Assembly (NCBI GenBank): GCA_001567165.1
Contig: LNFQ01000007.1
Span: forward strand, 5,715-69,714
Length of the DNA stretch: 64,000 bases
Source: Bacteroidetes bacterium OLB11
Lineage (GTDB): Bacteria; Bacteroidota; Bacteroidia; Chitinophagales; Chitinophagaceae
Direction: 5' to 3'
Positions within the stretch are counted from its first letter, which is position 1, and each line of letters begins with the position of its first letter. Of this stretch, positions 1 to 9,985 are shown in pieces. The notes beneath the pieces were generated by a model, which saw only the letters and a program-made list of their open reading frames with translations, ran no database searches and had not been told where the DNA came from. Both the position numbers and the translations under genes were made by a program.

Positions 1-5
1 AAGCA

Positions 6-1241
6 TTGAACTCTTCCATATCTCCAATGGAAATTTCATGTGACTCGAATAAATTTTATATCGAGCTAAATACTCCAGCAGGAAACAAACCTTTCACTTA
101 TTATTACTATTACAACAACACCTTTCAATCATTCACAACATACAATAATTTGACAACACTTATACTTACAAACGGAGAATATTTTATTGAAAAAATAAAA
201 GATTCTCTGGGTTGTGAAGTCCCCTATATGAAGACATATAATGCAAATTATATCCCTTATGATTTTAACGACATCTTCGAAAAATATATCTGCGAAAAAG
301 ATAGCACAGAACTTTATTTTGACATCATATCCAACAGCGACCTTCATCTATTTTACACATTGAATGGTGGGCAAATTGATAGCATCACAATCAATCCATT
401 TTCCACAAAAACAATCAATGTAATTAATGGTGTGTATGATTTTTTATATGTAAAAGACAGCATTGGATGTGTTAAAATGATAAATAAAAAAATGACAATT
501 GATAATCACGCTAACAAAATCACTTACAGTTATGAAAAAAATTGTGATGATCGAAAATATGATTTCACTTTGAACTTAGAAGGAAATGCACCTTGGACTT
601 TGTATTACAATTATGAAAATAAATCACAACAACTTCAAATAGATAAGACCCCTTTCAAATGGAGTATTCCACCAGGTGCTTATTACTTCCAAGAAATCAA
701 TGGCACTTTCAAATGCAATTATGAAATCAACAAAGAAGAAATTTTGACCCCATATTTAGATGATTACCCAACGCTCTCATATTCGCAACTTCACCTAAAA
801 ACGATTGATGTACCTCTCACCTACTTTTGGTATAAAGACCAACAATTAATCGACTCCATCTCTAAAGGAAATATTCTTTGTTTGGGAAATGGTAATTATC
901 AAGTGAAAATAATTGACAGTGTTGGATGTGAAAATTGGTCGAATGAAGTTCGTTTAGATTTCCCAAATAATATCAATGTTTATCCGAATCCCACTTTTAA
1001 AGATATCAATATTGTCATCAATGATGACTTTGGAGAATATTGGAATTATAGAATCTATGATACAAAAGGACAATTAGTTTTACAAGATAATATCAAAGTC
1101 AAATCATACAATATTGATTTAAGTAATTTTTCAGCCGGCATTTATCATTTAGTTATCAATTATAAAAATCAAAATGAAAAAAAAAGTCATCCGAATTATA
1201 AAAAACTAATTCAAAAAAAAAATAAACCACTACAACAATAA
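6..1241 (+). CDS. Secreted repeat protein with T9SS type-A C-terminal sorting domain; 5' end probably outside the window
   Basis: The ORF is open to the window edge (the track start is a TTG). It has repeated ..DS[LIV]GC.. modules. The last ~80 aa (VYPNPTFKDINIVIN..YRIYDTKGQLVLQD..LSNFSAGIYHLVI) fit the Por/T9SS CTD pattern. The 3' end is uncertain because of an A9 run at 1177-1185. Confidence 0.6.
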   Translation: MNSSISPMEISCDSNKFYIELNTPAGNKPFTYYYYYNNTFQSFTTYNNLTTLILTNGEYFIEKIKDSLGCEVPYMKTYNANYIPYDFNDIFEKYICEKDSTELYFDIISNSDLHLFYTLNGGQIDSITINPFSTKTINVINGVYDFLYVKDSIGCVKMINKKMTIDNHANKITYSYEKNCDDRKYDFTLNLEGNAPWTLYYNYENKSQQLQIDKTPFKWSIPPGAYYFQEINGTFKCNYEINKEEILTPYLDDYPTLSYSQLHLKTIDVPLTYFWYKDQQLIDSISKGNILCLGNGNYQVKIIDSVGCENWSNEVRLDFPNNINVYPNPTFKDINIVINDDFGEYWNYRIYDTKGQLVLQDNIKVKSYNIDLSNFSAGIYHLVINYKNQNEKKSHPNYKKLIQKKNKPLQQ

Positions 1242-2236
1242 TGAATAGAAGAAAATTTGTCAAATCTATCGGGATTATTACCCCTGGATTTCTATATGCA
1301 AATGAATTGCTTTCAAGCCCCAGTTCAAATGCAACCAATACACCAATTGTCATTGCTACATGGGCTGCAAATCAAAAAGCAAATGAAAAAGCATGGGAAA
1401 CTTTAATGAAAAAAAAATCCGCATTAGATGCAGTACATCAAGGTGTAATGGTTGCAGAATCAGACCCGGAGGATAATAGCGTTGGATTGGGTGGGCTTCC
1501 TGACCGAGATGGAAAAGTAACTTTAGATGCTTGCATCATGGATCATTTGGGAAATATAGGAGCCGTAATGGCATTAGAAAATATCGTTCATGCATCATCA
1601 ATCGCTAGATTAGTAATGGAAAAAACACCTCATGTACAAATTGTTGGAGAAGGGGCTTTGCAGTTTGCTCTTTCACAAGGGTTTCAAAAAGAAAATTTAC
1701 TAACAGAGCAATCAAAAGATGCTTGGGAGAAATGGCTAAAAACAGCAGATTATCAACCGATGACGACCATTAATGAAATTCAAAAAAGAATTGAAAAAAA
1801 TCACGACACCATTGGAATGGTCGCAATTGATTCCAATCAAAACATCAGCGGAGCTTGCAGTACCAGTGGAATGGCATACAAAATGCATGGACGTGTTGGA
1901 GATTCATCTATCATTGGAGCCGGCTTATATGTGGACAATGAAGTAGGTGCAGCATCGGCAACAGGCATGGGCGAAGAAGTCATTCGTATCTGTGGCAGTC
2001 ACACTATTGTCGAAGCGATGCGTTATGGAAATTCACCAGAACAATCTTGTAAAATTGGTCTTGAAAGACTCGTCAAAATTAAAGGTGAGGCTTGTTGTAA
2101 ACATGTACAAATTGGGTTTATTGCTTTAAACAAAAAAGGAGAAGTCGGCTGCTACTCATTATTACCCAATTTTACTATGGCTGTCAGAGATAGTCATGGG
2201 ATGAAAATAATAAAAGCAAAATCGATCTATTCTTAA
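1241..2236 (+). CDS. Glycosylasparaginase (aspartylglucosaminidase), Ntn-hydrolase / asparaginase-2 family
   Basis: 331 aa with a Tat-like N-terminus (MNRRKFVKSIG). It has the autoprocessing/nucleophile motif HDTIGMVAID and the GAGLYVDNEVGAASATG motif typical of this family. Confidence 0.8.
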   Translation: MNRRKFVKSIGIITPGFLYANELLSSPSSNATNTPIVIATWAANQKANEKAWETLMKKKSALDAVHQGVMVAESDPEDNSVGLGGLPDRDGKVTLDACIMDHLGNIGAVMALENIVHASSIARLVMEKTPHVQIVGEGALQFALSQGFQKENLLTEQSKDAWEKWLKTADYQPMTTINEIQKRIEKNHDTIGMVAIDSNQNISGACSTSGMAYKMHGRVGDSSIIGAGLYVDNEVGAASATGMGEEVIRICGSHTIVEAMRYGNSPEQSCKIGLERLVKIKGEACCKHVQIGFIALNKKGEVGCYSLLPNFTMAVRDSHGMKIIKAKSIYS

Positions 2237-2267
2237 ATCAAAATACTTATTTTAGAATTGGAATGAA

Positions 2268-2984
2268 ATGAATAACCCCAAAAAATATACGCTTGAAATT
2301 GCTTCGTTCACTTTGCAAGGAGCGTTGGAAGCGTTTCATGCAGGAGCTCATCGCATTGAGTTTTGCGACAATCCACACGAAGGAGGCACAACACCTTCTT
2401 ATGGGATGCTGATGCAAGCCAGAAAAAACATTTCGATTCCTATCTTTCCAATAATCAGACCGAGAGGAGGGCACTTTTTTTACTCAAAACAAGAAATAGA
2501 GTGTATCAAAAAAGATATTGAGCTTTGTAAAGAATTAGAATTTGAAGGAGTTGTCATTGGCTGTTTAGATGAGCATGGAAAAATTCCTGTTTTACTAATT
2601 CATGAACTTGTTCAGCTAGCCTATCCGATGAGTGTTACATTTCATAGAGCATTTGACCGCACCGCTGACCCACTTACGGCACTCGAACAAATTATAGATT
2701 GTGGATGTCATCGCATTTTAAGCAGTGGACAATACCCGAATGTGATGGAAGGAAAAATTCTTTTAAAAGAAATGATTGAGCAAGCAAATAATCGAATCAT
2801 CATCATGCCGGGCAGCGGTTTGAATAGCCAAAACGTTAGAGAAATTGCTACATATACGAAAGCAATCGAGTTTCATACAGCTGCAAGAATGACAAATACA
2901 AACAGCCTATTTCCATCACCCAAAACGATGAATGAAAATCTATCATTTGTAAGCACCAACACAATGGAAATTAAAAAATATTAA
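2268..2984 (+). CDS. cutC: CutC-family copper homeostasis protein
   Basis: 238 aa. The N-terminal LEIASFTLQGALEAFHAGAHRIEFCDNPHEGGTTPSYG matches the CutC TIM-barrel family signature as I remember it. Confidence 0.75.
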   Translation: MNNPKKYTLEIASFTLQGALEAFHAGAHRIEFCDNPHEGGTTPSYGMLMQARKNISIPIFPIIRPRGGHFFYSKQEIECIKKDIELCKELEFEGVVIGCLDEHGKIPVLLIHELVQLAYPMSVTFHRAFDRTADPLTALEQIIDCGCHRILSSGQYPNVMEGKILLKEMIEQANNRIIIMPGSGLNSQNVREIATYTKAIEFHTAARMTNTNSLFPSPKTMNENLSFVSTNTMEIKKY

Positions 2985-3090
2985 ATGAATTGGATTTATT
3001 AACAATTTAGAATTTGATTTTTAAAAACTTTCATGAATATCTAATATTCTTTATGACAAAATTATTTTTTATCACTATAAATTTGCCAAC

Positions 3091-3738
3091 GTGCAAAAAA
3101 AAAACTCCACATTAGAGACGATTTTCAAAATTAGTTCTATCCTATTACATCCTCTATTTATCCCGACTTATCTCGTCGCCTATCTCGTATTTTTATGTCC
3201 AAATATCTTCATCGGTATCAGTCCAAGCACCTATAAATGGTGGGTTGTGATAGTGGCATACATTACCATTACATTTCCACTTTTGGTTGTCATTTTACTT
3301 TGGAGATTAAAATTTATTGAAAGCATTTATATGAAAGGCGATAAGGAAAGGTATATCCCACTCATTGCATCTATGCTTTTTTACTTTTGGACATTTTGGC
3401 TTTTTCATAAACAATTAGCTGCACCTGCTGTCCTTCAAAGTTTTTTACTAGGCACATTTTTGACAACTGTTGGCGTATTTCTTTTTACACTGTTTAGCAA
3501 GGTAAGCATGCATACAGCTGCATTTGGCGGCTTATTTTCTTTTGCTTTAATATTATCATTTCGTGCATTTCAAAATAGCCTTTTACTTTTAATAGTTGCC
3601 ATATTGCTTAGTGGCCTCATTGCAAGTGCTCGTTTATACTTAAAAGCCCATAATACAAATCAAGTGAACACTGGATTTTTAATAGGTTTTTTTGCTCAGT
3701 TTATTTCATTTATTATCGTTCTTCAATTCTTATTTTAG
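3091..3738 (+). CDS. Polytopic membrane protein of unknown function
   Basis: 215 aa with about six hydrophobic segments and a GTG start. I recognised no catalytic motif. Confidence 0.45.
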   Translation: MQKKNSTLETIFKISSILLHPLFIPTYLVAYLVFLCPNIFIGISPSTYKWWVVIVAYITITFPLLVVILLWRLKFIESIYMKGDKERYIPLIASMLFYFWTFWLFHKQLAAPAVLQSFLLGTFLTTVGVFLFTLFSKVSMHTAAFGGLFSFALILSFRAFQNSLLLLIVAILLSGLIASARLYLKAHNTNQVNTGFLIGFFAQFISFIIVLQFLF

Positions 3739-3741
3739 TAT

Positions 3742-4458
3742 ATGTCACAACCAAAAATTGAAACCTGTTTTTCGCCATCTTTGCTTCACTTATATGATAT
3801 AAAAAATAGCATTGTAGTCATTATTGATATCTTTAGAGCAACTTCTACAATTACTACTGCCCTTGACAATGGAGCGATTTCGGTCATACCAACTGATTCG
3901 GTGTCGCATTGTATCGAACTTGGAAAACAAATCCATAACTCATTGACAGCCGGAGAGCGTGATGGAAAAATAGCCGATGGTCTTCAACACGGAAACTCTC
4001 CTTCTGAATTCACTAAAGAATTGATTGAAAACAAAACGCTTATTCTCACCACAACAAATGGCACACGACTTCTTCATCAATGCAAAGAAGCAAATGAAAT
4101 CATTATTGGTTCATTTTTAAATTTAAGTGCTGTATGTAAATATTTAATCGAGAGTAAAAAAGATGTGTTACTAGCTTGTGCTTCATGGAAAGATCGGTTT
4201 AATCTAGAAGATACTCTTTTTGCTGGAGCTGTGTATAAACATGTACAAGCTCATTTTGAAATGAATTGTGATAGCACACGAGCAGCTCACTTATTGTATC
4301 GCCAAGCGGAGCCTCATCTTTATGAATTTATTCAAGACAGTTCGCACTTTTTAAGACTATCAAAATATGGATTGCAATTCGACATGGAGTATTGCTGTCA
4401 GGTCGATAAACACAATAATACTATCGTTTATAAAGATGGAAAATTGGTAAAAAAATAA
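3742..4458 (+). CDS. comB: 2-phosphosulfolactate phosphatase (ComB) family protein
   Basis: 238 aa. IVVIIDIFRATSTITTAL and the GERDG motif resemble the ComB family. Confidence 0.7.
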   Translation: MSQPKIETCFSPSLLHLYDIKNSIVVIIDIFRATSTITTALDNGAISVIPTDSVSHCIELGKQIHNSLTAGERDGKIADGLQHGNSPSEFTKELIENKTLILTTTNGTRLLHQCKEANEIIIGSFLNLSAVCKYLIESKKDVLLACASWKDRFNLEDTLFAGAVYKHVQAHFEMNCDSTRAAHLLYRQAEPHLYEFIQDSSHFLRLSKYGLQFDMEYCCQVDKHNNTIVYKDGKLVKK

Positions 4459-4676
4459 GTTCAAAAAGGAAAAACACTTTCACTATTTCAAACGCAATCA
4501 TTTCATTTTTTCATTTCAAAAAAAAATGAAAATTTCACTTCCTCATTATTTTTTCAAATAAAAGCAATGAAACTACTATAATTATTGATTATTCTGAATA
4601 AGTTAGATTATAGATTTTATCATATTCTTATAATATTTAGATAAGGTTGACCCATTTGATAACACTTGAATTGAAT

Positions 4677-4684
4677 TACCTTTG
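4677..4684 (+). promoter_or_regulatory. Candidate Bacteroidota -7 promoter box TACCTTTG upstream of the ABC exporter
   Basis: Matches the TAnnTTTG consensus 12 nt before the ATG at 4696. The motif is expected by chance fairly often in AT-rich DNA, so position is the only support. Confidence 0.35.
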
Positions 4685-4695
4685 CAAATCTTTTT

Positions 4696-6452
4696 ATGAA
4701 TATTTTATTAAACTATCTTAAAAGATATAAACTTTTAGTAATTGTTTTCGTTTTTTGTTAGCAATCATCAACACTGGGTTTTCATTGCTAGACCCTGTAT
4801 TGTTTGGAAAGTTGTTTGATTTTTTAAAATCAAATTTTCAAAATTTACCGGAAAGAGATTTTGTTTTAGGTACTTTAAAATTCATTGGAATGTTGATGGG
4901 GGTTGCTATGGTATCTCGCATCGCAAAAGCCTTTCAAGATTATACCGTCAATACAGTTATCCAACGATTTGGAGCCGATGTTTACACAGATGGATTAAAA
5001 AGAGCATTGCAATTACCCTATCAACAATTTGAAGACCAACGCAGCGGAGAAACACTCGCCGTTTTAGAAAAAGTAAGAATTGATACCGAAAAGTTCATGT
5101 CGCTATTTGTGAATGTACTGTTTAGCGTCATTGTGAGTGTTGTGTTTGTGATGATTTATTCTTTCACGACTTATCCCAAACTTGTGTTGATATATATCAT
5201 TGGGGCTATCTCTCTTTCTTTTTTAATGAGTATTTTGAGTAAGAAAATAAAAATTATTCAAAAGACCATTGTCCAAGAAACGACAGCCTTAGCAGGAGCT
5301 ACCACAGAATCGCTGCGAAACATAGAATTGATAAGAAGCTTAGGACTTACCAATCAAGAAATCAAACGGCTCAATCTTACGACAAGAAAAATATTACAAT
5401 TCGAACTTAAAAAAGTAAAAAGCATACGGGCATTGAGTTTTGTACAAGGAACATTTGTCAATTTTATCCGACAATCTATTTTATTTACGCTTGCCTATTT
5501 GGTTTTTAAAAATTACCTAACTATCGGTCAAATGATTACTCTTCAATTTTTTTCATTTTTTATTTTTGGTCCGTTACAAGAATTAGGCAATATCATTTTA
5601 GCCTATCGTGAAGCAGAAATTTCTCTTGACAATTATAAAAAATTAATGGACACTCCTATCGAAGAGAAACCGTTAAACCCACAAATGGTAAGCAATATAG
5701 AGAGTTTGACTTTTAAAAATGTTAATTTTAAACATCAAACTGCCAAGCATAATGCACTCACCAATATTTGCTTTCATGTCAATAAAGGCGAAACGATTGC
5801 ATTTGTAGGTCCTTCCGGTTCGGGCAAAACAACGCTCGTAAAACTTTTAGTTGGATTGTATAAACCACATCATGGTGATATTTTATATAATGATATTTCT
5901 TATAAAAATTTGAACATCGAAGAGTTTAGAAACCTCATTGGATTCGTCACTCAAGACACTCAGCTTTTTGCCGGAACAATAAGAGAAAATTTATCTTTTG
6001 TGAATCCTCAAGCAACAGAAGAGGAAATGATTTTAGCACTTCATAAAGCATCGGCTAGCACCCTCCTATCAAGGGCTAACAAAGGACTTGACACGATTAT
6101 CGGCGAAAGTGGCATGAAGATTTCAGGCGGAGAAAAACAACGTCTTTCCATTGCTCGTGCTTTGCTCAGACAACCACAACTTTTAGTTTTTGATGAGGCA
6201 ACCTCAGCATTAGATTCTATCACAGAAGAGGCTATTACCAATACCGTCAAAGAAATATCCAACGAAAAAAATCAAATCAATATTTTGATCGCTCATAGAC
6301 TTTCAACCATTATGCATGCTCATCGAATATATGTGCTCGAAAAAGGAATTATTGTGGAGGTGGGAACTCATTTGGAATTGATTGAAGAGAAAGGGCTTTA
6401 TTATGCGATGTGGAGGCAGCAAATAGGAGAACGACATTTTGAAACTATCTAA
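4696..6452 (+). CDS. ABC exporter, fused permease-ATPase (MsbA-like); the first 20 codons are in a different frame as assembled
   Basis: Six-TM domain followed by Walker A (GPSGSGKT), signature (ISGGEKQR) and Walker B (LLVFDEATSALD). ATG 4696 encodes MNILLNYLKRYKLLVIVFVF, a typical ABC N-terminus. It joins LLAIINTGFSLLDP only if the T6 run at 4751-4756 is read as T7. Confidence 0.8.
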
Positions 6453-6464
6453 AATATAAATAAA

Positions 6465-6872
6465 ATGAACAAAGAAGTACCCGGAAGAATCATTAGCATG
6501 ATTAAGAAAAAATGCCCCAATTGTCATATTGGAGATATGTACACCAACAAAAGTATTTTCCCTTTAGGTAAAATGATGGACATGCCGGAGCGTTGTCCTC
6601 ATTGCGGACAAAAGTATGAACTGGAAACGGGTTTTTGGTTTGGCACCGGCTATATTAGTTATGGGCTGAGTGTTGGTATTGTGATTGCGTTAGCTGTTCT
6701 TTTTCATTTAGTATATGGCTTCAGCTGGAAAGACAATTCAGTGTTTATTTTCTTAGGAATTATGGTTTCAATACTTGCAATTCTACAACCCTATTTGATG
6801 CGGATATCAAGAGTTATCTACCTTTATATTTTTGTAAAATATGATAAAGGGACTTCATTAAAAAAATGTTGA
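6465..6872 (+). CDS. DUF983-like zinc-ribbon membrane protein
   Basis: 135 aa. It has a CPNC..(26 aa)..CPHCG zinc-ribbon pair followed by two hydrophobic helices. Confidence 0.55.
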   Translation: MNKEVPGRIISMIKKKCPNCHIGDMYTNKSIFPLGKMMDMPERCPHCGQKYELETGFWFGTGYISYGLSVGIVIALAVLFHLVYGFSWKDNSVFIFLGIMVSILAILQPYLMRISRVIYLYIFVKYDKGTSLKKC

Positions 6873-6911
6873 CTCAGAAACCAAATCCCCGCATCAATAA
6901 ATTTTTAATCA

Positions 6912-7454
6912 TTAGGAATCTATATCGACAGTGGTTACAATATCACTGTCTTTTTTCCCTAATACTACAGCTCCTACCATTGCACTCAAAAACAATACAC
7001 TTGCGACTTCAAAAGGGAATACGTATTTGGTAAAAAGCAAAGTTCCTAATTCTTTTATCAAGCCGACATTCGTCCCATGTGCCAAATCAATTTGTTTAGT
7101 TTCAACACCACTAATTAATGATTTGAATGAAGCGATTAATACCAGCAATAAAATGCCTCCTGATACGACTGCTGCCAGTTGCAACAGCGTATTTTTCTGA
7201 GGCTCAGTATCAGCATTTAAATTCATCAACATCACCACAAATAAAAATAAAACCATGATTGCTCCTGCATAAACAATAATATTGACAATTGCCAAAAACT
7301 GAGCATTCATCAATACATAATGCCCAGAAATGCAAAAGAAAGTCATGATTAAAAATAAGATACTCGTGATGGGATTTCTACTCAAAATAACTCCTGTTGC
7401 AAACCCTAGCGTCATAATACATAATACCCAAAATACAATTTGTTGTAAGTCCAT
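6912..7454 (-). CDS. nuoJ: NADH-quinone oxidoreductase subunit J
   Basis: 180 aa, five TM. SRNPITSILFLIMTF..AQFLAIVNIIVYAGAIMVLFLFVVML is typical of NuoJ/ND6. Confidence 0.85.
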   Translation of the reverse strand: MDLQQIVFWVLCIMTLGFATGVILSRNPITSILFLIMTFFCISGHYVLMNAQFLAIVNIIVYAGAIMVLFLFVVMLMNLNADTEPQKNTLLQLAAVVSGGILLLVLIASFKSLISGVETKQIDLAHGTNVGLIKELGTLLFTKYVFPFEVASVLFLSAMVGAVVLGKKDSDIVTTVDIDS

Positions 7455-7482
7455 CCGTTGATAATTTTAAAATGTCATTTAA

Positions 7483-8001
7483 TTATTTTACTGTTTCTTT
7501 TCGTTCGCTTTTTTTAGGAATCAATAAGTCTTCCTTTTTATAAATAAAACTTTCTCTAGTATAGTTTGCCGGTGCAAAAGTTTGTGTTAGATAAATGGCG
7601 TCTTTTGGACAGGCTTCCTCACATAGTCCACAAAAAATACATCTCAACATATTGATTTCATAAGAGGCTGCATATTTTTCTTCTCTGTATAAATGTTCTT
7701 CACTTGGTAATCTTTCAGCAGCTTCCATCGTAATAGCTTCAGCCGGACAAGATAAAGCACAAAGCCCACATGCAGTGCAGCGTTCTCTATCTTCTTCATC
7801 TCTGTTTAAAATATGTAATCCTCTAAAAGTTGAACTAAAAGGGCGTTCTACTTCTGGGAAGTTTACAGTTGCTTTTTTTTGAAAAATATGTTTAATCGTA
7901 ACTGCCAGCCCCTTTGCTATCGAAGGAATATAAGTTCTTTCATACAAAGACAAAGGTGTTCTATTGACTGGAATTGCTTTTTTAGAAATATTGTATATCA
8001 T
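7483..8001 (-). CDS. nuoI: NADH-quinone oxidoreductase subunit I
   Basis: 172 aa with two 4Fe-4S motifs, CTACGLCALSCP and CIFCGLCEEACP. Confidence 0.9.
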   Translation of the reverse strand: MIYNISKKAIPVNRTPLSLYERTYIPSIAKGLAVTIKHIFQKKATVNFPEVERPFSSTFRGLHILNRDEEDRERCTACGLCALSCPAEAITMEAAERLPSEEHLYREEKYAASYEINMLRCIFCGLCEEACPKDAIYLTQTFAPANYTRESFIYKKEDLLIPKKSERKETVK

Positions 8002-8015
8002 TTCTCTTTACGTTT

Positions 8016-9086
8016 TTAATTTTGAAAAAATAATACAAGTGCTCCTGTAATCAACATGTTTACTAAGGCTAATGGTATTAAACTTTTCCAACCTAAATTC
8101 ATTAATTGATCGTATCTGAAGCGAGGTAGCGTCCAGCGGATAAACATAAAGAAAAGAATAAATCCAATTGCTTTTGCCATCAGCACTCCTACGCCTATCA
8201 ATGAAAATACCCAAGGGGCAACCATCGGTTGAACTATGTCCATAAACGGGAAATTGTATCCTCCAAAATATAATGTACTTAATACCACCGAAGTGATAAA
8301 CATGTTTGTATATTCAGCGAATAAATAAAACCCTAATTTCATAGAGCTATATTCTGTATGGAACCCTCCGATTAATTCACTTTCACATTCTGCCATGTCA
8401 AAAGGAGCACGATTGAGCTCAGCAAATGAGCAAACTAGAAAGATGATAAATCCAAGAGGTTGTTTGAAAAAATACCATGTGAAATATCCATTATCCCAAA
8501 ATCCATGTTGCTGCTCTACGATATCTCTCATGCTCAAACTGCTACTCATCATCACCAATGCAATTAGGCTAATTCCTAATGCTAACTCATAAGAAATGGC
8601 TTGAGAAGCGGCACGCATACTACTCATCAATGAATATTTATTGTTTGAAGCCCAAGCTCCAATCATAATGCCATAAACTCCCATACTCACTACTCCGAAA
8701 ATAAATAAGATTCCAATATTGACATCAGCTACTTGCAATGAAAAAATAGAGCCATTACTCTTTACGATATCTGGTCCCCAAGGAATCACCGCACTGGTCA
8801 TACAAGCGACTAACATCGCCAAAGAAGGGCCTAAAATAAACAAGAATTTTGAAGAAAAATTAGGGATAATTTCCTCTTTCATAAATAATTTTAGTCCATC
8901 AGCGAGTGGTTGTAAAAGCCCAAAAGGACCTGCTCTATTGGGACCTCTTCGATCCTGCATCACAGCAGCTACTTTACGTTCGGCCCAAGTGCTATACATA
9001 GCAACTCCAAGCGATACCGCCAAGATAATAGAAATTAGTATTACTTTTTCAAGCAAGAACGATAATGTCATGATTATAGTAAACAT
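8016..9086 (-). CDS. nuoH: NADH-quinone oxidoreductase subunit H
   Basis: 356 aa. WAERKVAAVMQDRRGPNRAGPFGLLQPLADGLK and RAPFDMAECESELIGGFHTEYS are NuoH/ND1 signatures. Confidence 0.9.
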   Translation of the reverse strand: MFTIIMTLSFLLEKVILISIILAVSLGVAMYSTWAERKVAAVMQDRRGPNRAGPFGLLQPLADGLKLFMKEEIIPNFSSKFLFILGPSLAMLVACMTSAVIPWGPDIVKSNGSIFSLQVADVNIGILFIFGVVSMGVYGIMIGAWASNNKYSLMSSMRAASQAISYELALGISLIALVMMSSSLSMRDIVEQQHGFWDNGYFTWYFFKQPLGFIIFLVCSFAELNRAPFDMAECESELIGGFHTEYSSMKLGFYLFAEYTNMFITSVVLSTLYFGGYNFPFMDIVQPMVAPWVFSLIGVGVLMAKAIGFILFFMFIRWTLPRFRYDQLMNLGWKSLIPLALVNMLITGALVLFFQN

Positions 9087-9475
9087 CCCAACTATTTATA
9101 ATTAAGACAACAAAAGTAATACTTCCAATTGACAAATAGAAAGAATTTCATATTCAATATAAAAAGTTATGCGATGAAATAAGGGGGGAGTATTTCTTTC
9201 CTTTAATGTTTACTGCTCTTTCATTTTTGCCGTCTTATTTTGGTGGTAAAATTTTAAATAATACTTCAAACCTGGATTAAGACTATTTATTAGTTCGTCT
9301 GTTGCTTAAAGTCTGAAATATATTGATTTATTGTTGTCGTATTTTATAAATTCGTCCGCATCTTTTTTTCCGCCCTCTAGTTTATATCCTTTTTCATAGC
9401 AGTCAAAACTATAAGTCAATTTTGATTTATCCCAAATTAAACATCCGGATTTTCATCTTCAACATTCCCTAAAAC

Positions 9476-9507
9476 AATAAGAGGAATTCAATTGAACTCC
9501 TCTTATT
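9476..9507 (-). terminator. 10-bp hairpin 20 nt downstream of the rpmE stop
   Basis: aataagagga (9476-9485) pairs perfectly with tcctcttatt (9498-9507) around a 12-nt loop. The U-tail on the minus strand is weak (GTTTT). Confidence 0.45.
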
Positions 9508-9526
9508 AAAATCATTTATAAAATGC

Positions 9527-9778
9527 TTACTTTTTCTTTGCGTATCTTTTATTGAATTTATCAATACGACCTGCTGTATCCAACATGACATTTTTACCAG
9601 TATAAAATGGATGCGATGTGTTTGATACCTCAATTTTTATAACAGGATATTCGTTGCCGTCTTCCCATTTCATGGTTTCACTCGATTTCGCTGTTGAGCG
9701 AGATAAAAACATGTGTTCATTACTCATGTCTCTAAAGATAACTAATCTGTAATTTTCTGGATGGATTCCTTTTTTCAT
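9527..9778 (-). CDS. rpmE: 50S ribosomal protein L31, type B (no Cys)
   Basis: 83 aa. It has [10 protein letters not shown] and HPFYTG motifs and no cysteines, so no zinc ribbon. Confidence 0.9.
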   Translation of the reverse strand: MKKGIHPENYRLVIFRDMSNEHMFLSRSTAKSSETMKWEDGNEYPVIKIEVSNTSHPFYTGKNVMLDTAGRIDKFNKRYAKKK

Positions 9779-9837
9779 TTTCTATTTTGTTTTAAGGCAT
9801 GATTCTAACCATGCAGTGAAAAATTTTTTAAGATTGG

Positions 9838-9845
9838 CAAAGGTA
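9838..9845 (-). promoter_or_regulatory. Candidate -7 box TACCTTTG upstream of rpmE
   Basis: The reverse complement of caaaggta matches TAnnTTTG, 60 nt upstream of the rpmE ATG at 9778. Confidence 0.35.
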
Positions 9846-9985
9846 ATGCTTTTTTATTCTAAATCAATATATTTTCTCATTTTTTTTAAGTATTGTCAAA
9901 AAGGGGTGCCCTATTCTTTTTCTTCAATTTTATATTTAACACTCCTAGTGATTTCTATTTCTTTTTTCATTCTATCTTTGAAAAG

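Noticed and set aside
4491-4540. An A/T-only inverted repeat (tttcattttt ... aaaaatgaaa) after comB as a terminator.
   Set aside because: The stem consists purely of A-T pairs and is imperfect. Such pairings are expected by chance in this composition.
6931-9105. Plus-strand ORFs 6931-7200, 8395-8592 and 8719-9105 lie opposite nuoJ and nuoH. Similar ORFs 13521-13721 and 13795-14208 lie opposite atpA.
   Set aside because: They overlap strongly conserved genes on the other strand, and their low-complexity translations are typical of shadow ORFs.
9527-9778. The Cys-less (type B) L31 could be a zinc-starvation paralogue under Zur control.
   Set aside because: Type B L31 is, as far as I recall, the normal sole L31 in many Bacteroidota. 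No Zur-box-like palindrome is evident upstream, and a single window cannot show whether a second copy exists.
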